Origin: a bacterium
GTDB taxonomy: Bacteria > Krumholzibacteriota > Krumholzibacteriia > G020349025
Reading direction: 5' to 3'
Assembly: GCA_031362565.1 (NCBI GenBank)
Contig: JANLSU010000088.1
Location: 1-64,000 of the forward strand
DNA: 64,000 nt
In this document: in pieces, positions 1 through 9,467 of the stretch
Layout: each line of letters begins with the position of its first letter
Position numbering within the stretch: the first letter of the stretch is position 1
The notes under the pieces: model-generated
Database searches by the model: none
Told to the model about the DNA's origin: nothing
Seen by the model: the letters and a program-made list of their open reading frames with translations, nothing else
Made by a program: the position numbers and the translations under genes

Positions 1-92
1 GTGATGTCCTTCGGACCCACGATCGAGTTGTTGCAAGCTGCCGAGCCAACCACCATCGCGAACGCTAGAGTCGTGAATGCTTTCCGGAACAT
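1..92 (-). CDS. 5' end of a probable lipoprotein (runs off window start)
   Basis: Reverse strand reads GAGGAGG RBS then ATG at 92: MFRKAFTTLAFAMVVGSAACNNSIVGPKDI..., a basic N-region, hydrophobic core and lipobox-like SAA|C. Confidence 0.65.
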   Translation of the reverse strand, partial: MFRKAFTTLAFAMVVGSAACNNSIVGPKDI

Positions 93-596
93 TGTTCTCG
101 CCTCCTCGTGGGTCCGTCAGGTGGGAGATTTTCTCCGCGCCCCGCGCCGGATCCGTGTCTCTGGGGAGGTGTATTGCAGGCGCCAGGCCACACCGAAAAC
201 GACTGCCTTTGACCCTCCAATCGACTGAAAATAGGTACTTTAACTTTTCAACCCTGGGGCGTGGCGATCGCGACGGCGGCTTCGAACGCAAGTCTTGCGC
301 GCCGATCGACGGACCAAGCCCGCAGGACTTGCGCCGCGTTACGAGATTCTCTGTCGCTCGAACGAACAACCATCGAGGCATGGCAGCGACGACCTGAAAC
401 CCAAGGTCAAGAGCCGAGTATCATTAAAGAGCGAAATGATCTTCACCCGACGGATGTCCTCCGCATGCAGACATTGCGTTGTCACGCAGTTCTTGCGGCC
501 ACAGCGGTGTGTTTGCGCCGCTCGCGGTTCGCATGTCGATTGACTTAACCATTGCGGTGCTCGCGCATTGCGCCGCAGTTGCGCAGCGCGAATCAA

Positions 597-613
597 TTGG
601 CGCTACTTGTGCT
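597..613 (+). promoter_or_regulatory. possible sigma54 (-24/-12) promoter for the 788 gene
   Basis: TTGGCGCTACTTGTGCT: GG-N10-GC spacing with TGGC; imperfect -12 element. Confidence 0.35.
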
Positions 614-787
614 GTAGAAGATTCCGGCGCGCCGCATTCATCGAACTGCGGCACGCACTCTTCGGATGCGCCCGCCCATCCCGGTCGTTCATCCCGATCG
701 ACGCGTCCGGTACAGCGCCACGCACTTGGCGTGGCATCTTCTAACGCTTCGTCATGGAAGCGTCCTGGAAATGAAGGAGCCTTGATC

Positions 788-1396
788 ATGCGTTTTGTTT
801 CAGTTCGAATTGTGGGCGCCATCCTTCTCATCGTCTGTGCATCGAACGCCTTCGCTCAGGTCAACGGCGGCGGCTTCGATGGAATGCCCCCCGGCCCGTA
901 CCCGGGCGGCGCGCCGAACGGTGTCGTGTCGGGCGGCGGCAGTGTGAGCGTGCAACCCGCCGGCTCCGAAACCGGAGCGCCTGGCGTCCCGCACGGCGCG
1001 GGCAATGTCTTATTGATCGACACGATGACCGGCGGCACGGCCGTCGTGCAATTCACCTTCAGTTGCCCGATTCAGCCGCACGGCATCTGTGCTGTCCGCT
1101 ATGACTGGTCGGGCGCGGCCTATGGCATTGGTTCTGGCATGCGGGTCTACGTCGACGCCAACGGCCAATTCAACAACCCCGATGACATCTGGCAGCCGCC
1201 GGTCGGCCTGCCGCCGACCACGGTCTCCGGCAGCAACACCGAACACTCGGGCCCGTGCGACGCCGTGCTGCATACGCTGACATTCATCGTGCTGCCGTTC
1301 ACCAAGATCTACATCGACAACTTGGTGACCGTCTGCGACGTCGGGGTCGGCACCCAAGCGACGCCTTGGGGCGAGGTGAAGCGCCTCTATCACTGA
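788..1396 (+). CDS. secreted hypothetical protein with C-terminal 'TPWGEVKRLYH' motif
   Basis: GAAGGAG RBS before ATG 788; Sec signal peptide MRFVSVRIVGAILLIVCASNAFA|Q; beta-rich body ending IYIDNL; C-terminal W-G-x-V-K-x-L-Y tail. Confidence 0.75.
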   Translation: MRFVSVRIVGAILLIVCASNAFAQVNGGGFDGMPPGPYPGGAPNGVVSGGGSVSVQPAGSETGAPGVPHGAGNVLLIDTMTGGTAVVQFTFSCPIQPHGICAVRYDWSGAAYGIGSGMRVYVDANGQFNNPDDIWQPPVGLPPTTVSGSNTEHSGPCDAVLHTLTFIVLPFTKIYIDNLVTVCDVGVGTQATPWGEVKRLYH

Positions 1397-1514
1397 ATCG
1401 CGAGATGCGCGCCGTCGTGTCTCGCGGCTGCGCTTCGCCCGGGCGTGTCCGCTTCTCCACCCTTTGCCTGCGGTGGCGATGTGGCACGCCCGGGTGTGTT
1501 TCCGTCGAGCTCGC

Positions 1515-2429
1515 TCAAGTCGCCGTTGCGAATCCGGCGCCGTGGTGCGCGAACGCAAACTCGCCGGGGTGGAAGATCTCGGCCAGAATCTCCGCGGATT
1601 CCACCAAGCGCGGCCCCGGACGATTGAAGTACTGGTTGCCATCGGCGAGCCACACGCGGCCATCCCGCACCGCGCGCAAGGCCGGCCAGGCGGGGTGGGC
1701 CGCGAGGGTGGCGAATTCCGTCCGCGTGCGCGCCAGATCGAACCCGCACGGCAGAACGACGATCACATCCGGGTCGGACTGCACGAGATCGTCCCACGAA
1801 ATCCATGGCGCGTGCCGGCCCGGTTCGCCGAACACACTCGTGCCGCCGGCGATCGTCACGAGCTCGGGTGTCCAGTTGCCGGACGCCATGAGGGGCTCGA
1901 TCCATTCGATGCATGCGACGCGCGGCCGCTCGCGAAGCCGCGCGGCGCGTTCCGCCAAGGCCTGCAGCCGCCCGCGCAATTCCGCGACGAGCCGGTCGCC
2001 ACGCTCCGGAACCTCGAGCGCCCGAGCGACGCTACGGATGTCGTCCCAGACGCCAGCGAGATCCTCCGCCCGCAGGGACACGACGCGCGGCGGCACATCG
2101 AGCCACGTCTCGAGAGCGCCCGCGACATCGCGTTCGCTCACCGCGCAAACTTCACACTGGGTCTGCGTCACGATGACCTCGGGGCGCAACGCCCGGAGTT
2201 TGTCCGCGTCGACGCGATACACCGACAGCGCCTCCGAAACCAGGCTGCGCACTCGCGCATCGATCGCGCCACTCGCCAGGCGAATGTCGAACTTGGGTTC
2301 GGTACAAGACGGGAGATTGCGGACCGATGCCGGATAGTCGCACTCGTGCGACCGGCCGACGAGTGCCGGCTCGCACCCCAGCGCGCAAACAATCTCCGTG
2401 CTGCTCGCGATGAGTGAAACGACTCGCAG
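1515..2429 (-). CDS. cobalamin/iron-siderophore ABC transporter substrate-binding protein (BtuF/TroA-like)
   Basis: Frame extends upstream of the listed ORF to RVVSLIASSTEIVCALG...VGRSHECDYP; also PRVACIEWIEPLMASGNW and DGNQYFNRPGPRLVES motifs; GGAGG RBS 5 nt before CTG at 2429. Confidence 0.85.
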   Translation of the reverse strand: MRVVSLIASSTEIVCALGCEPALVGRSHECDYPASVRNLPSCTEPKFDIRLASGAIDARVRSLVSEALSVYRVDADKLRALRPEVIVTQTQCEVCAVSERDVAGALETWLDVPPRVVSLRAEDLAGVWDDIRSVARALEVPERGDRLVAELRGRLQALAERAARLRERPRVACIEWIEPLMASGNWTPELVTIAGGTSVFGEPGRHAPWISWDDLVQSDPDVIVVLPCGFDLARTRTEFATLAAHPAWPALRAVRDGRVWLADGNQYFNRPGPRLVESAEILAEIFHPGEFAFAHHGAGFATAT

Positions 2430-2456
2430 TGACGCCTCCCGGGAAAATGCCGGTCG

Positions 2457-4301
2457 TTACTCGCGCCCTACGGGATAGAGCCGCGCTTCCGAATCGTAGA
2501 ACGGTGTCTGCTGGTAGAACCACTGCAGGCGCTCCCGCGGACTGGCGGCGAATGCCGGGTCCTTCTGCAGTTTGCTCTGGAATGCGGCCCGCAGTTCGGC
2601 GCTTGCCGCGAGCATGCGTTCCGCCATCGGCTCCATGATGTAGGCCTCGACATACTCGGTGGGCTGCAACACCTCGTCGAAGAAGCCCCACTGGAAGAAG
2701 GAGTCCGGGGACTCCGGCTCCAGAAGCAACATCGCGAGATCGCCAAGCGGCTGATCGACCGGCACCCGCACACTGCCGGCAACGAACGTGCGCCGCCGGC
2801 GTTCGATCGCAACGTGCGGTGTGACGTGTACATGTCCTTCGAATGGCACCGTGTCCAACTTCGCGCTCGTGATCCGATACAGTTCGCAATCGACGTCGTG
2901 GGCGGTGGCTTGGCGTTCGACACGGATGCCGTGCAGCTCCAAACGATCGGCGACCTCGCCCCACGCCGGCGGAATCCAATACGCTGCCGGGCGGCGCGCT
3001 TTGGCGGCCGGTTGGTCCTGATCGGCGACCGGGAGGTGCTGCAACTCGGGCGTCCCGAGCCATTCGACGCGCAGCCCGCCGGAAATCGGCGACGGCGTCA
3101 GGCGCGATGCGATGCCGCGATAGTCCATGAAACGCTTGCCGGGCTCCGCCGGCCACTTCCAGTCGAGCACGAGTTCCGGGGTCCGGCGGGCGCGATCCGC
3201 CGCAACGGCGCGGCGCAGCAAAGTGACTGCCTTGCACGCCGTGCGCAATGTGGTCTCGAGAAGCACATAGGTTCCCAGCACGCGCTGGTCGTACGGCTTG
3301 AGTGAGTGGTTCTCGACGAGCATCGCTGGCAAGTGCCGCGCATCGCCGTAGGCGTTCGAAAAACGCGGCTGCGCCGTCGCGTTCACCAGCCCCTTGGTAC
3401 GGTCGTTGTCATCCAAAAACCAATCGAATGGCCCCGGCGTATGACCCGCGGCAGCCAGGGCGGCGCGCAGCGCCGGCGAGAGAGTGCTTTCCAGCCACGC
3501 GCTGCCGGCCGGCGACCAGCCGGCGGCACCGTTGTATCCCCACGTGATGTCGTATTGCGCGTCGCCGCCATCGGTCACATGCAAGTCGACATACAGGTCC
3601 GGATCCCAGCGCACGATCGTCTGCACCATGGCGCGCGTCTCGGGCGCGTCGAGCTTCATGTAGTCACGGTTCAGGTTGAGATTGCGCGACGTTGTCCGCC
3701 AGCCGCCCTCGGCCGGTCCACGCTGATTGATGCGCGTGAACGCCGAGAACCGTTCGTGACCGTCGACGTTGAAGATCGGCACGAAGAGCAAGTTCACTTG
3801 ATCGAGCAATGGTGCAAGCCGGTGTCCGGGGGTGAGATCGCGCAGCAGCATCATGCCGGCATCCTTGCCGTCGATTTCTCCGGCATGAATCCCGGCCTGC
3901 GCCAGCACGGTGGCGCGGCCGCTCTTCTGCAGCGCTTCCGGAGTGAAGCCCACGCGGCTCGCGATCACCATCCAGAGGTCGCGCCCCTCGGGGCTGCGGC
4001 CAATGGACACCATTTCGAGTTCCGGCGCCGCGTCGCAGAGCCGGTGCAACCACGCAACGGTTTCGTCATAGCGCGGCGTCGTGACAAAGCCGCTCTTCTC
4101 GCACGGCGTGATCCACGGATCGCCGGCCACGGCAACGAGGGCGCGGCTCGCCCCATTCCACGGCCGGGCTTCGGGGAGCGCAGCCGTGCCGGCCGCCGAA
4201 GTTGCGGCGCTCGCCCGGCTACCGCCCGCGACAGGCAGTGCCAGAACCAACGTAGTGCCGATGCACGAAGCCCAGGTCCGGACGGTCATCCAAGACAACA
4301 T
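2457..4301 (-). CDS. M14 family zinc carboxypeptidase, secreted
   Basis: HxxE zinc motif GIHAGEIDGK, NLNRD, DLHVTDG; N-terminal signal-like segment; start 4301 has GGAG upstream (4289 is an alternative). Confidence 0.88.
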   Translation of the reverse strand: MLSWMTVRTWASCIGTTLVLALPVAGGSRASAATSAAGTAALPEARPWNGASRALVAVAGDPWITPCEKSGFVTTPRYDETVAWLHRLCDAAPELEMVSIGRSPEGRDLWMVIASRVGFTPEALQKSGRATVLAQAGIHAGEIDGKDAGMMLLRDLTPGHRLAPLLDQVNLLFVPIFNVDGHERFSAFTRINQRGPAEGGWRTTSRNLNLNRDYMKLDAPETRAMVQTIVRWDPDLYVDLHVTDGGDAQYDITWGYNGAAGWSPAGSAWLESTLSPALRAALAAAGHTPGPFDWFLDDNDRTKGLVNATAQPRFSNAYGDARHLPAMLVENHSLKPYDQRVLGTYVLLETTLRTACKAVTLLRRAVAADRARRTPELVLDWKWPAEPGKRFMDYRGIASRLTPSPISGGLRVEWLGTPELQHLPVADQDQPAAKARRPAAYWIPPAWGEVADRLELHGIRVERQATAHDVDCELYRITSAKLDTVPFEGHVHVTPHVAIERRRRTFVAGSVRVPVDQPLGDLAMLLLEPESPDSFFQWGFFDEVLQPTEYVEAYIMEPMAERMLAASAELRAAFQSKLQKDPAFAASPRERLQWFYQQTPFYDSEARLYPVGRE

Positions 4302-4397
4302 CGCGATTTCTCCCGCATTGCGCCGACGACGAGGTAGACCGGGACAGTGTACACATCGGCCCCACGTTCGCGCTGCGGCGTTTCTGCGGAGACTGGC

Positions 4398-5279
4398 ATG
4401 ATGCTCGCGTGCTCTTCCAACGTTATGGCCCTGCCCGAGATGACGGCGCTGAAGATTCGCGGCCTCCGTCCGCTCAGCACTTCCGCGGTGCGACTGATGG
4501 ATTTGCTGCGCAACGAACGAGCGACGATTGCCGACCTCTTGCTGTTGGTTGCCGACGATGTGGCGCTGTCGACCAACCTGCTGCATATCGCCAACACCGC
4601 GTACTACCGTGGTTCGGATCCCGTGACCTCGTTGCACCGGGCGTGCGTGCGCCTGGGGCGCCAAGGCGTGTACAAAGCCGCCGTTGGGATGTCTTTGCGC
4701 GGCGTCTTGCCGCCGATTCTTCCCGGCTATCAAGTCAGTTCGGAAGCCTTCATGCAGCACAGCGTCGCGGTCGCGGTCTTGGCGGAGCACTTGGCGCGCG
4801 AGACGCCCGGCGCCGACCCCGACGAGGTCTTCACGGCGGGCTTGCTGCACGACGTAGGCAAGCTCGTCGTCGGCCAGTTTTTAGCCGAGAAGCAAGAAGA
4901 GATGTCAGGCCGGATGGCGACCGGGACCGAATCGATCCAGGAAATCGAAGTGGCGGTCCTGGCGCTCGACCACTGCGAGATCGGCGATGAGATTGCCGCC
5001 CGCTGGCGTCTGCCAGACGCGACGCGGGCGGCGGTGCGCTGGCACCACGCACCGGAAAACGCCCCGTCGCCGCGCGAACGGCACGTGGCCACCCTGGTTC
5101 ACCATGCAGATGCAGTAGCCCATCTGATGGGGTACGGAACGGGAATCGGCGAACTCCTGCACCGGCACACCGCGGCGACACCACCGGCGATCTCCGAGGA
5201 ACAGGCGGAACTCCTTATGGGCCGGTCGCTCGATGCGATCGTCGAGTTTGCCGGCGCGATCAATGCCGCCCGGCTCTGA
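4398..5279 (+). CDS. HDOD domain protein
   Basis: ANTAYY, RLG, HSVAVA, FTAGLLHDVGKL, DHCEIG...W.LP...VRWHH motifs. Confidence 0.88.
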   Translation: MMLACSSNVMALPEMTALKIRGLRPLSTSAVRLMDLLRNERATIADLLLLVADDVALSTNLLHIANTAYYRGSDPVTSLHRACVRLGRQGVYKAAVGMSLRGVLPPILPGYQVSSEAFMQHSVAVAVLAEHLARETPGADPDEVFTAGLLHDVGKLVVGQFLAEKQEEMSGRMATGTESIQEIEVAVLALDHCEIGDEIAARWRLPDATRAAVRWHHAPENAPSPRERHVATLVHHADAVAHLMGYGTGIGELLHRHTAATPPAISEEQAELLMGRSLDAIVEFAGAINAARL

Positions 5280-5334
5280 CATCATCAAGATGAAGTACGT
5301 CGCACGATCTTGCGGTGTCTGGGAGGACGGCTGA

Positions 5335-5350
5335 TGGCACCTGTCTTGCT
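5335..5350 (+). promoter_or_regulatory. sigma54 (RpoN) promoter upstream of cheD
   Basis: TGGCAC-CTGTC-TTGCT, exact match to TGGCAC-N5-TTGCW consensus, ~60 nt before the cheD start. Confidence 0.75.
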
Positions 5351-5411
5351 GATGCCGCTCGCAACTCTCTGTCGCGATTCAAAGAGACTCACAGCCAAGG
5401 GCGGAGGCAGC

Positions 5412-5945
5412 GTGGATACGGTCACCAAGCCAGCCGAGGCCGGCACTCCAGCCGCACCGCGGCCGGAATACTCGATCACCGTCTCGATGGCCGACCTGCA
5501 GGTCTGCAACGATGACGTGGCGGTGCTTGCCGCATACGCCCTCGGATCGTGTATCGGCGTCGCGGTTTGGGATCCGACGAACCACGTCGGTGGAATGATG
5601 CACGTCATGCTGCCGTCCTCCCAAACGGGCGGCTCCAGTGGCTGGGCTCGCCCGGCGATGTTCGCCGATACCGCCGTTCCGCTGCTCGTGGGACGTCTCG
5701 TGCAACTCGGCTGCACGCCCGAAAATCTCGTGGCCAAGATCGCGGGCGGCGGGCAATTGCTCGCCGAATCCAAGCAGCTCGCAATCGGCAGCCGCAATGT
5801 GACCGCTGTACGCGCCGCATTCGCCACCCTGCAGATCGCGGTCAGCGGTGAGGACGTCGGCGGCACCAAGTCGCGCAGCCTCAAGATGCACCTTGGCACC
5901 GGCCGCGTCGTCGTGTCATCGGCGGGCGAGGAGACGAACCTATGA
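5412..5945 (+). CDS. cheD: chemoreceptor glutamine deamidase CheD
   Basis: LGSCIGVAVWD...GGMMHVMLP, FADTA, AKIAGG, IGSRN, EDVGG motifs; GGAGG RBS before GTG 5412. Confidence 0.9.
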   Translation: MDTVTKPAEAGTPAAPRPEYSITVSMADLQVCNDDVAVLAAYALGSCIGVAVWDPTNHVGGMMHVMLPSSQTGGSSGWARPAMFADTAVPLLVGRLVQLGCTPENLVAKIAGGGQLLAESKQLAIGSRNVTAVRAAFATLQIAVSGEDVGGTKSRSLKMHLGTGRVVVSSAGEETNL

Positions 5946-6802
5946 TCTCGGCCAAGGACCTCGTTTCCCGCATTCGCACCCTCCCGCCGCTCTCGGGTGC
6001 GGTCGTCCGCCTGTTGGAAATGACCAAGAACGAAGCGACGACCACCGAGCAACTTGAGCGCGTCGTGAACACCGATCCATCGCTCACCGCGAATCTGCTG
6101 CGCGTCGCCAATTCGGCCTACTACCGCGGCGCCTATCCGGTGTCGGCGGCACGGCCGGCGATCGTCCGCCTGGGGACGCGCGGCGTTTACGAAATCGCCG
6201 TCGGCCTGTCGCTTCGCAACACGCTGCCGCCGCAGATTCCCGGCTACGCGACCGATGCGGCGAGTTTCATCCGTCACGGCGTCGCCGTCGGCGTGCTCTC
6301 GGCGCGCCTGGCGCGCGACGTCCAGGGCATCGACCCGGACGAAGCGTTCACGATGGGATTGCTGCACGACATCGGCAAGCTCGTCGTGGGAACCTTCTTG
6401 GCGACCGAAGCAGCGCGTGCCGGCGACTGTCTGCTCGACCAGAATCTGTCGTTCGAGGACATGGAGCGCGAGGTGCTCGGCACCGACCACTGCGAGGTGG
6501 GATTCGAAGTCGCGCGCCAATGGCACCTGCCCGAGGCCGTCGCCATCGCGGCACGTTGGCACCACACCCCGACGGCAGCGCCCGACGCCGCGGCGCAGCG
6601 CATCGCGTCGGTCGTGCACGTCGCAGATGCGCTGGCGCATCTGCTCGGCCACGGCGAGGACGCAGGGGAATTGCGGCGCCGGCTCGATACCACGGTGCCC
6701 GATCAACTCGGGTTGCGCGAAGAACAGCTCGAAAGCCTGGCCGGAAGCTCGCTCCTCGCCATCCAAGAGCTTTCGGACGCCCTCCAAACAACGGTGGCCT
6801 GA
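5942..6802 (+). CDS. HDOD domain protein
   Basis: LPPLS, DPSLTANLLRVANSAYY, GLLHDIGKL, RWHH; ATGA overlap with cheD. Confidence 0.9.
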   Translation: MISAKDLVSRIRTLPPLSGAVVRLLEMTKNEATTTEQLERVVNTDPSLTANLLRVANSAYYRGAYPVSAARPAIVRLGTRGVYEIAVGLSLRNTLPPQIPGYATDAASFIRHGVAVGVLSARLARDVQGIDPDEAFTMGLLHDIGKLVVGTFLATEAARAGDCLLDQNLSFEDMEREVLGTDHCEVGFEVARQWHLPEAVAIAARWHHTPTAAPDAAAQRIASVVHVADALAHLLGHGEDAGELRRRLDTTVPDQLGLREEQLESLAGSSLLAIQELSDALQTTVA

Positions 6803-6971
6803 AAACCGGCGCCCGCGTCCCTCCCAGCCGTCGCCCACCAGCCCCGCTCACGCCTCGAAGCCCCGGCTCGCGCCTCGAGACGGCGCCCTGGGGCTGACTT
6901 GCGCTCCAGGTGCACGGATCGATAGACTGCCTCCGAAGCCGTCCCTCTTTCCCCTTTGGAGTGGTGCACAC

Positions 6972-8894
6972 ATGACACCGCAGACCCTGTGCCGCGCTTT
7001 GCTGCGCGCCGCAACCACCGCGGTTTTGTTCACAGGCACGCCGGCCCTCGCCGCCGCGCCCAAGCAGGTTCCGCAGTACACCATCGAGGATTTCCTCGCG
7101 ACGACCAACATGAACGGCGCCAATTTTTCCCCGGACGGCACGAAGATTCTGGTCAACAGCGACGCCACGGGCGTGTTCAACGCCTACGCGGTCCGCGTCG
7201 CGGGCGGAGAGCCCAAGCAACTCACCACTTCGACGACCAATGCCATCACGGCGCGCGCCTACTTCCCCAACGATGAGCGCTTTCTGTACGCCAGCGATCA
7301 AGGCGGCAACGAGCTGACTCATCTCTTCGTGCAGGCAATCGATGGCACGTCGCAGGACATCACGCCCGGAACCGAGCTGAAGGCCGACTTCGTGGGCTGG
7401 GCGCACGACAAGAAGAGCTTCTTCATCACGACCAACGAGCGCGACAAACGCTATTTCGACTTGTACGAAGTCGAGCCGGAGCACTTCGGGCGTACGTTGG
7501 TGCTGCAGAACGACGAGGGCTACGATGTCGCGGCGATTTCGCGCGACAAACGCTGGCTGGCACTCGGCAAGATCGTCACCGACCACGATACCAACGTGTA
7601 CCTGTACGATCGCGACACCAAGGCCGCCAAGCTCATTACCGAGCATACCGGCGAGGAAAGCTGGCAGGCGCAGGACTTCGCGCCGGACGGCAAGAGCCTC
7701 TATTTGACGACCGACCATGAGAGCGAGTTCGCTCACCTGGTGAAATACGACGTCGCGTCGAACGCCATCGAGGACGTGGAGAAGCCGGCTTGGGATGTCC
7801 AAAATGCCTATTTTTCGCACAGCGGCCGCTACCTCGTCGTGGGTGTCAACGCTGACGCGCGCACCGACTTGCACGTCTACGATGCCACGACCAAGCGCCC
7901 GGTGCGCCTTCCGAAGCTGCCGGCCGGCGACATCACGGCGTTGCGCATTTCGGATGACGACAAGAAGATGGCGTTCTACCTGAACGGCAGCCGCTCGCCC
8001 AGCAACCTGTATGTGTGCGATCTGGGCGGCGGCGACGCCAAGCAGCTGACGCAGAACCTGAGCCCGAAGATCGATCCCGAAGCACTGGTCGAAGCCAAGG
8101 TCGTGCGCTTCAAATCGTTCGACGGGGTCGAGATTCCGGGCATCTTGTACACGCCACAGCAAGCCCAAGGCGGCAGCAAGCTGGCGGCCCTGGTGAGCGT
8201 GCACGGCGGCCCCGGCGGCCAGTCGCGGGTCGGCTACAGTGCACTGACTCAGTATCTGGTGAATCATGGGTACGTGGTGTACGCCATCAACAACCGGGGC
8301 AGTTCCGGATACGGCAAGACGTTCTTCAAGCTGGACGATCGCAAGCACGGCGAGTCGGATCTCGACGACTGCGTCGCGAGCAAGAAGATGCTGATCGATA
8401 CCGGCGCCGTCGATCCGAATCGCATCGGGATTATGGGCGGCAGCTACGGTGGATACATGGTGTTGGCGGCGCTTGCCTACCGGCCGCAGGAATTCGCCAT
8501 CGGCGTCGACCTGTTCGGGGTCGCGAATTGGCTGCGCACTCTGGAGAGCATCCCAAGTTGGTGGGAATCGGAGCGCAAGGCTTTGTATGCGGAGATCGGC
8601 GATCCGACGACCGATAGCGAGTACCTGAAGCGCATCTCACCGCTCTTCCACGCCAAGGACATTCAGAAGCCGCTGCTCGTCCTGCAGGGCGCCAACGACC
8701 CCCGCGTGCTGCAGGTGGAATCGGACGAGATCGTGGCCGCCGTCAAGGCCAACGGCGTGGCGGTGCAATACATCGTCTTCCCCGACGAGGGCCACGGCTT
8801 CCGCAACAAGAAGAACCAGCAGCAGGGGTACAAGGCCGTTCTCGACTTTTGCGATACCTACCTGGGTGCGATCGCCAACGTCGACCGGCGCTGA
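6972..8894 (+). CDS. S9 family serine peptidase (prolyl oligopeptidase/acylaminoacyl peptidase-like), secreted
   Basis: Signal peptide, beta-propeller repeats, VHGGPG, GGSYGG nucleophile, GANDPRV (Asp), DEGHGF (His). Confidence 0.92.
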   Translation: MTPQTLCRALLRAATTAVLFTGTPALAAAPKQVPQYTIEDFLATTNMNGANFSPDGTKILVNSDATGVFNAYAVRVAGGEPKQLTTSTTNAITARAYFPNDERFLYASDQGGNELTHLFVQAIDGTSQDITPGTELKADFVGWAHDKKSFFITTNERDKRYFDLYEVEPEHFGRTLVLQNDEGYDVAAISRDKRWLALGKIVTDHDTNVYLYDRDTKAAKLITEHTGEESWQAQDFAPDGKSLYLTTDHESEFAHLVKYDVASNAIEDVEKPAWDVQNAYFSHSGRYLVVGVNADARTDLHVYDATTKRPVRLPKLPAGDITALRISDDDKKMAFYLNGSRSPSNLYVCDLGGGDAKQLTQNLSPKIDPEALVEAKVVRFKSFDGVEIPGILYTPQQAQGGSKLAALVSVHGGPGGQSRVGYSALTQYLVNHGYVVYAINNRGSSGYGKTFFKLDDRKHGESDLDDCVASKKMLIDTGAVDPNRIGIMGGSYGGYMVLAALAYRPQEFAIGVDLFGVANWLRTLESIPSWWESERKALYAEIGDPTTDSEYLKRISPLFHAKDIQKPLLVLQGANDPRVLQVESDEIVAAVKANGVAVQYIVFPDEGHGFRNKKNQQQGYKAVLDFCDTYLGAIANVDRR

Positions 8895-8920
8895 GAGCGT
8901 CTTCCACGATCGGAGCCTGA

Positions 8921-9292
8921 ATGCGCGCCGTGAACAAGGCGAAGCTGGCCGGACTAGGCGTCGTGCTGCTCCTGGCAGCGTGGTTCGGTAACCCGAACTG
9001 CGACTGGGACAAGTACGACGTGCGCGTCACCGACAAGCAGGTCAAGAAGATGGGTGACACCGACACCTATCTCGTGTTTACGGTCGACGCCAAAGGCGAG
9101 CCGCACGTGTTCAAGGACGTCGACACGAAGCTGTTCGCCAAGTTCAACTCGTCCGATCTGTACGCCAAGATGGAGACGGGACGCTGGTACCGCGTCAAGA
9201 CCGTGGGCTGGCGCTGGGGCATGAAGTCCTGGTACGAGAACATTCTCCGCGCCGACCCCATCCCGCCGCCGGCGAACGCGCCCGCCAACTGA
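8921..9292 (+). CDS. membrane-anchored DUF1523-like protein
   Basis: N-terminal TM segment; KFNSSDLY and GWRWGMKSWYENIL motifs resemble DUF1523-type proteins. Confidence 0.55.
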   Translation: MRAVNKAKLAGLGVVLLLAAWFGNPNCDWDKYDVRVTDKQVKKMGDTDTYLVFTVDAKGEPHVFKDVDTKLFAKFNSSDLYAKMETGRWYRVKTVGWRWGMKSWYENILRADPIPPPANAPAN

Positions 9293-9354
9293 CCGGGCTG
9301 CGACGGCCGTGGCCGGACTTTGCTCCGGCCGCGGCCGACACGGCGTTACAATCG

Positions 9355-9383
9355 TTGCCATTGCCGCATCCTTGACCTATAAT
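9355..9383 (+). promoter_or_regulatory. sigma70-type promoter for paralog P1
   Basis: TTGCCA (9355-9360), 17-nt spacer, TATAAT (9378-9383), in GC-rich DNA, ~85 nt upstream of ATG 9468. Confidence 0.7.
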
Positions 9384-9467
9384 CTCGCGTACATCCCCCT
9401 CCCAGTTGCACCCAGTGGGCGCTTGGCCCCGGTGTTTGTCTCTGAACCTTGCTTGGGAGGCTTGGTT

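Noticed and set aside
2430..2456. Cobalamin riboswitch upstream of the cobalamin-binding-type gene
   Set aside because: Only 27 bp separate it from the upstream gene; no room or motif
6841..6880. Imperfect ~20-bp tandem repeat downstream of HDOD2
   Set aside because: Only two degenerate GC-rich units; no support for function
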